Of a stretch of 64,000 bases of DNA, positions 59,101 through 64,000 are shown one piece after another. Under the pieces are notes generated by a model. The model did not search any database. It was not told the DNA's origin and was given only the letters and a program-made list of their open reading frames with translations. Made by a program: the position numbers and the translations under genes. Source of the stretch: Macrostomum hystrix (lineage: Eukaryota; Animalia; Platyhelminthes); NCBI GenBank assembly GCA_950097015.1, contig CATNEN010000001.1, forward strand, positions 25,296,001 through 25,360,000, given 5' to 3'. How positions within the stretch are numbered: the first letter of the stretch is position 1; each line of letters begins with the position of its first letter.

Positions 59101-62100
59101 GAGGATCTGAGAGTGTGCCTGCTATACCTGAGGATCTGAGAGTGTGCCTGCTATACCTGAGTATCTGAGAGTGTGCCTGCTATACCTAAGTATCTGAGAG
59201 TGTAACTGCCATACCTGAGTATCTGAGAGTGTGCCTGCTATACCTGAGGATCTGAGAGTGTGCCTGCTATACCTGAGTATCTGAGAGTGTGCCTGCTATA
59301 CCTGAGTATCTGAGAGTGTGCCTGCTATACCTGAGTATCTGAGAGTGTGCCTGCTATACCTGAGTATCTGAGAGTGTGCCTGCTATACCTAAGTATCTGA
59401 GAGTGTAACTGCCATACCTGAGTATCTGAGAGTGTGCCTGCTATACCTGAGGATCTGAGAGTGTGCCTGCTATACCTGAGGATCTGAGAGTGTGCCTGCT
59501 ATACCTGAGTATCTGAGAGTGTGCCTGCTATACCTAAGTATCTGAGAGTGTAACTGCCATACCTGAGTATCTGAGAGTGTGCCTGCTATACCTGAGGATC
59601 TGAGAGTGTGCCTGCTATACCTGAGTATCTGAGAGTGTGCCTGCTATACCTGAGTATCTGAGAGTGTGCCTGCTATACCTGAGTATCTGAGAGTGTGCCT
59701 GCTATACCTAAGTATCTGAGAGTGTAACTGCCATACCTGAGTATCTGAGAGTGTGCCTGCTATACCTGAGGATCTGAGAGTGTAACTGCCATACCTGAGG
59801 ATCTGAGAGTGTAACTGTGCCAACATTACTCAAACCTGTTGAGGTGATCTGACGCTAGACACTAGCGGCAGTAGACCCGGATGAGTCTTCTCCGCGTAGC
59901 AGATCCAACCCGGGCACGCGGAGGCCAGCAGTGGCATTGATTGTTGATTGTCCTGGTTAAATCGCTCGGACCAGCGCTTACAGAACTCCTCAGCCATCTC
60001 CGCCAGGCACAAAGTCCTGGCAGAGGAGCTGCTCAGCACTCTACTAGCACCCAGGCGGACTTTGCAGAACACGGTCAGGCGGCGAAAGCATTCAGCAAAG
60101 CCGCCATTGACACCGTGTCGAGCTGCTAGACTTGCGCAAGACTGCGGAGAGATGGTCACGATGAGGATTTTGGAGGCCGGAGCCAGTGTTGGCAGCACCG
60201 ACATCAGCGCCGTGTGGCTCTGCTGTTCCACTAGAACCGCCTCAGCCGAGGTGACGCAGCCGCTGCAGGCAAGGCAGTCGGCCAAGGTGATCTCGGCCTT
60301 GGGCAGGCGGTACTCGCGACCGTCCTCGGTGACACCTGTGTACTGACCATCCTCTCCAATGCGAATGCGAGCTGTGCGGCCGACACTTTTGTCCACCCGG
60401 ACTGGCTTGATGCACTCCTGGGAGTTTGTGAGGCCAATGGACTGGACAATTAGGGACTGGACTGTGATGGACTGGTCTGTGAAAAACTAGTCTGTGATGG
60501 ACTGGTCTGTGATGGACTGGTCTGTGATGGACTGGTCTGTGATGGACTGGTCTGTGATGGACTGGTCAGTGATGGACTGGTCTGTAATGGACTGGTCTGT
60601 AATGGAATGGACTGTGATGGACTGGACAATTAGGGACTGAACTGTGATGGACAGGACAATTAGGGACTGGACTGTGATGGACTGGTATGTGATGGACTGG
60701 ATAATTAGGGACTGGAATGTGATGGACTGGACAATTAGGGACTGGAATGTGATGGACTGGACAATTAGGGACTGGACTGTGATGGACTGGTATGTGATGG
60801 ACTGGATAATTAGGGACTGAAATGTGATGGACTGGACAATTAGGGACTGGAATGTGATGGACTGGACAATTAGGGACTGGACAATTAGGGACTGGACTGT
60901 GATGGACTGGTATGTGATGGACTGGATAATTAGGGACTGGAATGTGATGGACTGGACAATTAGGGACTGGAACGTGATGGACAGGACAGTTAGGGACTGG
61001 AATGTGATAGGCTGGTATGTGATGGACTGGACAATTAGGGACTGGAATGTGATGGACAGGACAGTTAGAGACTGGAATGTGATGGACTGGACAATTAGGG
61101 ACTGGAATGTGATGGACTGGTCTGTAATGGACTGGTCTGTAATGGACTGGACTGTGAATGACTGGTCTGTAATGGACTGGTCTGTGATGGACTGAAGATC
61201 TCTTATTCAAACCTCTGTAGGCTAACTTTAACTCTAGAAATTTAGCCAAATTCTATATAAATTCTGAGTTTAAAATAATAGTACTTACAAGACCAAGTGT
61301 GCATACACCTAGGGATAAAAAATAATATTTTCTTAATTAATTTGATATTATTTAAAATAGGGTGATCCCTGGTAGTGATGGGACATTATATTGATATCAT
61401 TGCTATTATTGTGTTACACTGGGTCCTGGTAAATCAGAAATGTGTGAAATTTGGATAAAGAACAAGTAGTTAACAAGTTCTTTGCTTTGATTAGTTGCTA
61501 TGAAAATTGAGTTTTATCCAAAAACAAACTTAATTTACTATACATTTTTGCTATTTCTAGAAATATTTGATTTTCCATATGCATTTTACCAATTCTGATT
61601 TAAATACAGATAATCCCATTAGTTGACTGATCCTTAAGCCTTGGACCTGGTGTCTCTTCACTACTTAAGAAGATAGGTTGGCATAAAAATTACAACTAGA
61701 CTTGAGCTCTGCTGGTTATAATAGAATATATATTATTTTTAATTAAGCTAGGGTACACAAAAATTGTACATTCTAAGAAATGTAATGAACATGAACAAAT
61801 AAATTTATTGCTAAAGAACATTTGCTTAGCCAAAAAAGCAAATCACATCTATCCCTAAATTAGAAGAGCTACCTTTATAAGGGCTAAACCTAAAAAACTA
61901 TATCATTTATTATAAATTATTAATAGGCTAATTTTGACTGAATATTCCTTACCTAGAGCTTGGATTAGTTCTTAGCCTAATAAACTAGGCTAGAATAAAT
62001 AAAATCAATCGTTGTAGGCTGATCTTCACCCTTACAACAGTAGGATAAGAATAAGATACAAAGCATTAGACAACTCACTTGAGAAGGTGCAATGAAGTCA

Positions 62101-62144
62101 TTTAGGTCCGTCAGTTGAACAACTGAACTGAATGACTTACTCAT
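53113..62144 (-). CDS. CIAO3: Cytosolic Fe-S cluster assembly component 3 (Nar1/NARFL, FeFe-hydrogenase-like), 510 aa
   Basis: Exons 62144-62079 ([22 protein letters not shown]), 60417-59836 ([42 protein letters not shown]), 56223-55913 ([17 protein letters not shown]), 55809-55681 (GGGSGGY), 55132-54969 ([26 protein letters not shown]) and 53393-53113 ([19 protein letters not shown]). All introns are GT-AG with consistent phases. Confidence 0.97.
53415..54562. repeat. 27-bp minisatellite (GAGGATCAGGATCCCAAAGAGCAGTTY)n in CIAO3 intron 5
   Basis: Direct reading; source of the LFGILILKL and WDPDPQTAL pseudo-ORFs. Confidence 0.98.
54592..54900 (+). mobile_element. tRNA-derived SINE family B, near full length (~310 bp), antisense in CIAO3 intron 5
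   Basis: Pol III A-box TGGCAGAGCGG (54602) and B-box AGTTCGATTCC (54646); further copies at 22485-22760 and 36455-36520; predicted hairpins in the body and 3' end. Confidence 0.8.
55185..55652. repeat. 29-bp minisatellite (CATGGGGATCTGGGATAATCTTGGGTCAG)n in CIAO3 intron 4
   Basis: Direct reading. Confidence 0.95.
56333..59818. repeat. 29-bp minisatellite (CTGAGTATCTGAGAGTGTGCCTGCTATAC)n, ~120 copies, in CIAO3 intron 2
   Basis: Direct reading; very homogeneous. Confidence 0.98.
60438..61195. repeat. 15/30-bp minisatellite (GATGGACTGGTCTGT / GATGGACTGGACAATTAGGGACTGGAATGT)n in CIAO3 intron 1
   Basis: Direct reading. Confidence 0.95.
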
Positions 62145-62584
62145 GACTAGGTCAAACTTTTAACTAGGCAAATAAATGTTTATCTGTTTATTTAGAGAAA
62201 GCGAGGGGATCGTTTGTCTCATACAATAGAAAACCAAAAAATTATGGACTCTCTTATCGTGTGTTAAAAAATCCACGATGCTGCATTTCAAAATCTTTCA
62301 AGCCGTTCCCGTTTTGTTTGTAAACATTAAAGTATAACAAATACATTCAGCAACTCGTACTGTTTATGACAATATTATAAACATTTATCATTTATGTGTT
62401 CTAAGTGATTTTAAAAATTTTCTTAATAGAAAAATTATTCACAAAATTCTCTTGAACTGTACTCATTAAGATAGCAAATTTAATTTTTGTTTACCAAGCA
62501 ATTTCTGTGAAGAATTATTCTATTTCCTTGTTCTCGTCTTCGATTGTGACTGTTCTATTTTCCAGCACATTGACAATCGAGGCC
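62145..62584. promoter_or_regulatory. Bidirectional promoter region CIAO3 / PCF11
   Basis: Divergent ATGs at 62144 (-) and 62585 (+), 440 bp apart. Confidence 0.6.
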
Positions 62585-63899
62585 ATGCTATCTTCTCAGA
62601 GTGTAGAAAAGGAGCACAACTCAGCGGTTTCAATGGAGGAACTTCTTATTGATTTCGAGAAGACGCTTATCGACACCCTGAAGGCCCCGGAGAAAAATGT
62701 GATTGGAAACTTGACTGGAATGGTCGACGGATACCTCAGTCGTAAAGATAGCGCTGCTATCTGTCCAAATATTTGCAAGATTATCGAGCGCCGTTTAAAT
62801 GAGGTAAGCATTTTTGTAATGTCTTGCAGGAAACGACTGCATTTTATTTCGAACGATGTATGTATTGCCATTGGATTGTATTGTTAATCTAATAAAAAAA
62901 TAACTCAAATTACCGTGCTTTCCACTGTTCAGAAGATCGCTTTGAAGATCTTTTTTCTCTCTCCCAGTCTCTTGTTACTTATAAATATACTAATCGCCTT
63001 TAAGGCTTTATGTTATGCTGCTTTTTTGTCTTCCAATCTTTTTACTTTATGTTCATTGATGAGAAAAAAAAATTTTGCTTAGGCATTTTGTCTTTTGTTT
63101 GCAGTTACATTTACTTTACGTTTTTTCCAACTGCTAAAATACATAAAAAACAAGAGAACTTAAAAGATTTCCGGTCGCACAGCATGCACAATTAAACTAC
63201 TTACAGTAGAAATTAAAAAGGCACATTTTACAAGCCTTTCTCTTGCCTCGTTCTTTCCATTTGCAGGCCCAAGTAGGCAGGAAGCTGGCCCACCTCTACC
63301 TCCTGGATTCAATCGTCAAGAACCTGAAGACCTCCCAGTACCCGAAGCTGTTTGGGGCCAACCTGGTCCAAAGTTTTTCTGGCGTATTTCGCAAAGGTGA
63401 CGAAAAGATGCGCAAGAAACTGTTCGAGCTGCGCAAGACCTGGAATGAGCACTTCAGCCAGCAGGTGCTGCATAGCTTAGACCTGGCCGTGCGGGAGATC
63501 GACCCGGCCTGGCCCATGCTGGCCGCGCCGCCCCCTGGCCAGCAGCAGCCAAACGGCAACACAGCGAGGAAGCGCTGTCATTCACCAGATTCGCCAGATT
63601 CCACCACTAGTCATCAGCAGCAGGCGGCAGCGGCAGCAGCGGCGGCGGCGTCTGGTGGAGACTCGAGCAGCAGCAGCCGGAAGCGGATGTCTGTCGCTGG
63701 CGGTGATTTCGTTATCGACACAGTCGGCGACTCCAAAGCCGTGGAGGCTCTGGCATCGGCCAGAACCGGAAGGCCTCAGCAGTCGGCGAACTCCAGGACA
63801 GCAGCCAAGCCGTCAGATGTTGACATGCGCAGCGGCTGGAATCAGTTTAGGCGGGTGCAGAGCGGCTCCGGCGATGTTGATATGCGCCAGTTCCAGACT
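62585..63899 (+). CDS. PCF11: Pre-mRNA cleavage complex II subunit Pcf11 (CID domain), 5' part; continues beyond window
   Basis: Exon 62585-62803 (..ICKIIERRLNE|gtaagc) and exon 63267-63899 (KLAHLYLLDSIVKN..FGANLVQSFSGVF..RKKLFELRKTW..LDLAVREIDPAWP, then DVDMR x2; donor gtaagt at 63900). The DSIVKN and DPAWP motifs are typical of the Pcf11 CID. Confidence 0.9.
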
Positions 63900-64000
63900 G
63901 TAAGTCGCAGGCAGGTATATCTCCTTCACGCGCTGTGGTGTGTGCCATGCTTAGCTTCCTCATCAGCTTAGTCTCTAGTTAGAGAATCTACCATTCTGAC

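Overview
Eukaryotic (metazoan) genomic DNA with spliceosomal GT-AG introns, many of them filled by minisatellites. This architecture resembles the flatworm Macrostomum lignano (inference only). Five genes can be spliced by hand: (1) an unidentified multi-exon gene on the minus strand that runs off the left edge; (2) DNALI1/p28 axonemal dynein light intermediate chain (4 exons), head-to-head with gene 1; (3) an SK/KCNN Ca2+-activated K+ channel (9 coding exons, ~840 aa); (4) CIAO3/NARFL/Nar1 on the minus strand (6 exons, 510 aa); (5) PCF11, head-to-head with CIAO3 and running off the right edge. An intact Ty3/Gypsy (Mag-like) LTR retrotransposon sits inside a 29-bp minisatellite, preceded by a solo LTR whose insertion site is an exact duplicate. 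There are two tRNA-derived SINE families and about 20 tandem-repeat arrays. Most long ORFs in the supplied track are repeat artefacts. I found no prokaryotic-type system such as CRISPR. The most unusual observations are the duplicated solo-LTR/full-length insertion site, a dispersed 29-bp minisatellite superfamily in alternating orientation, arrays built from splice-signal-like units, and a candidate 3'UTR intron made almost entirely of minisatellite.
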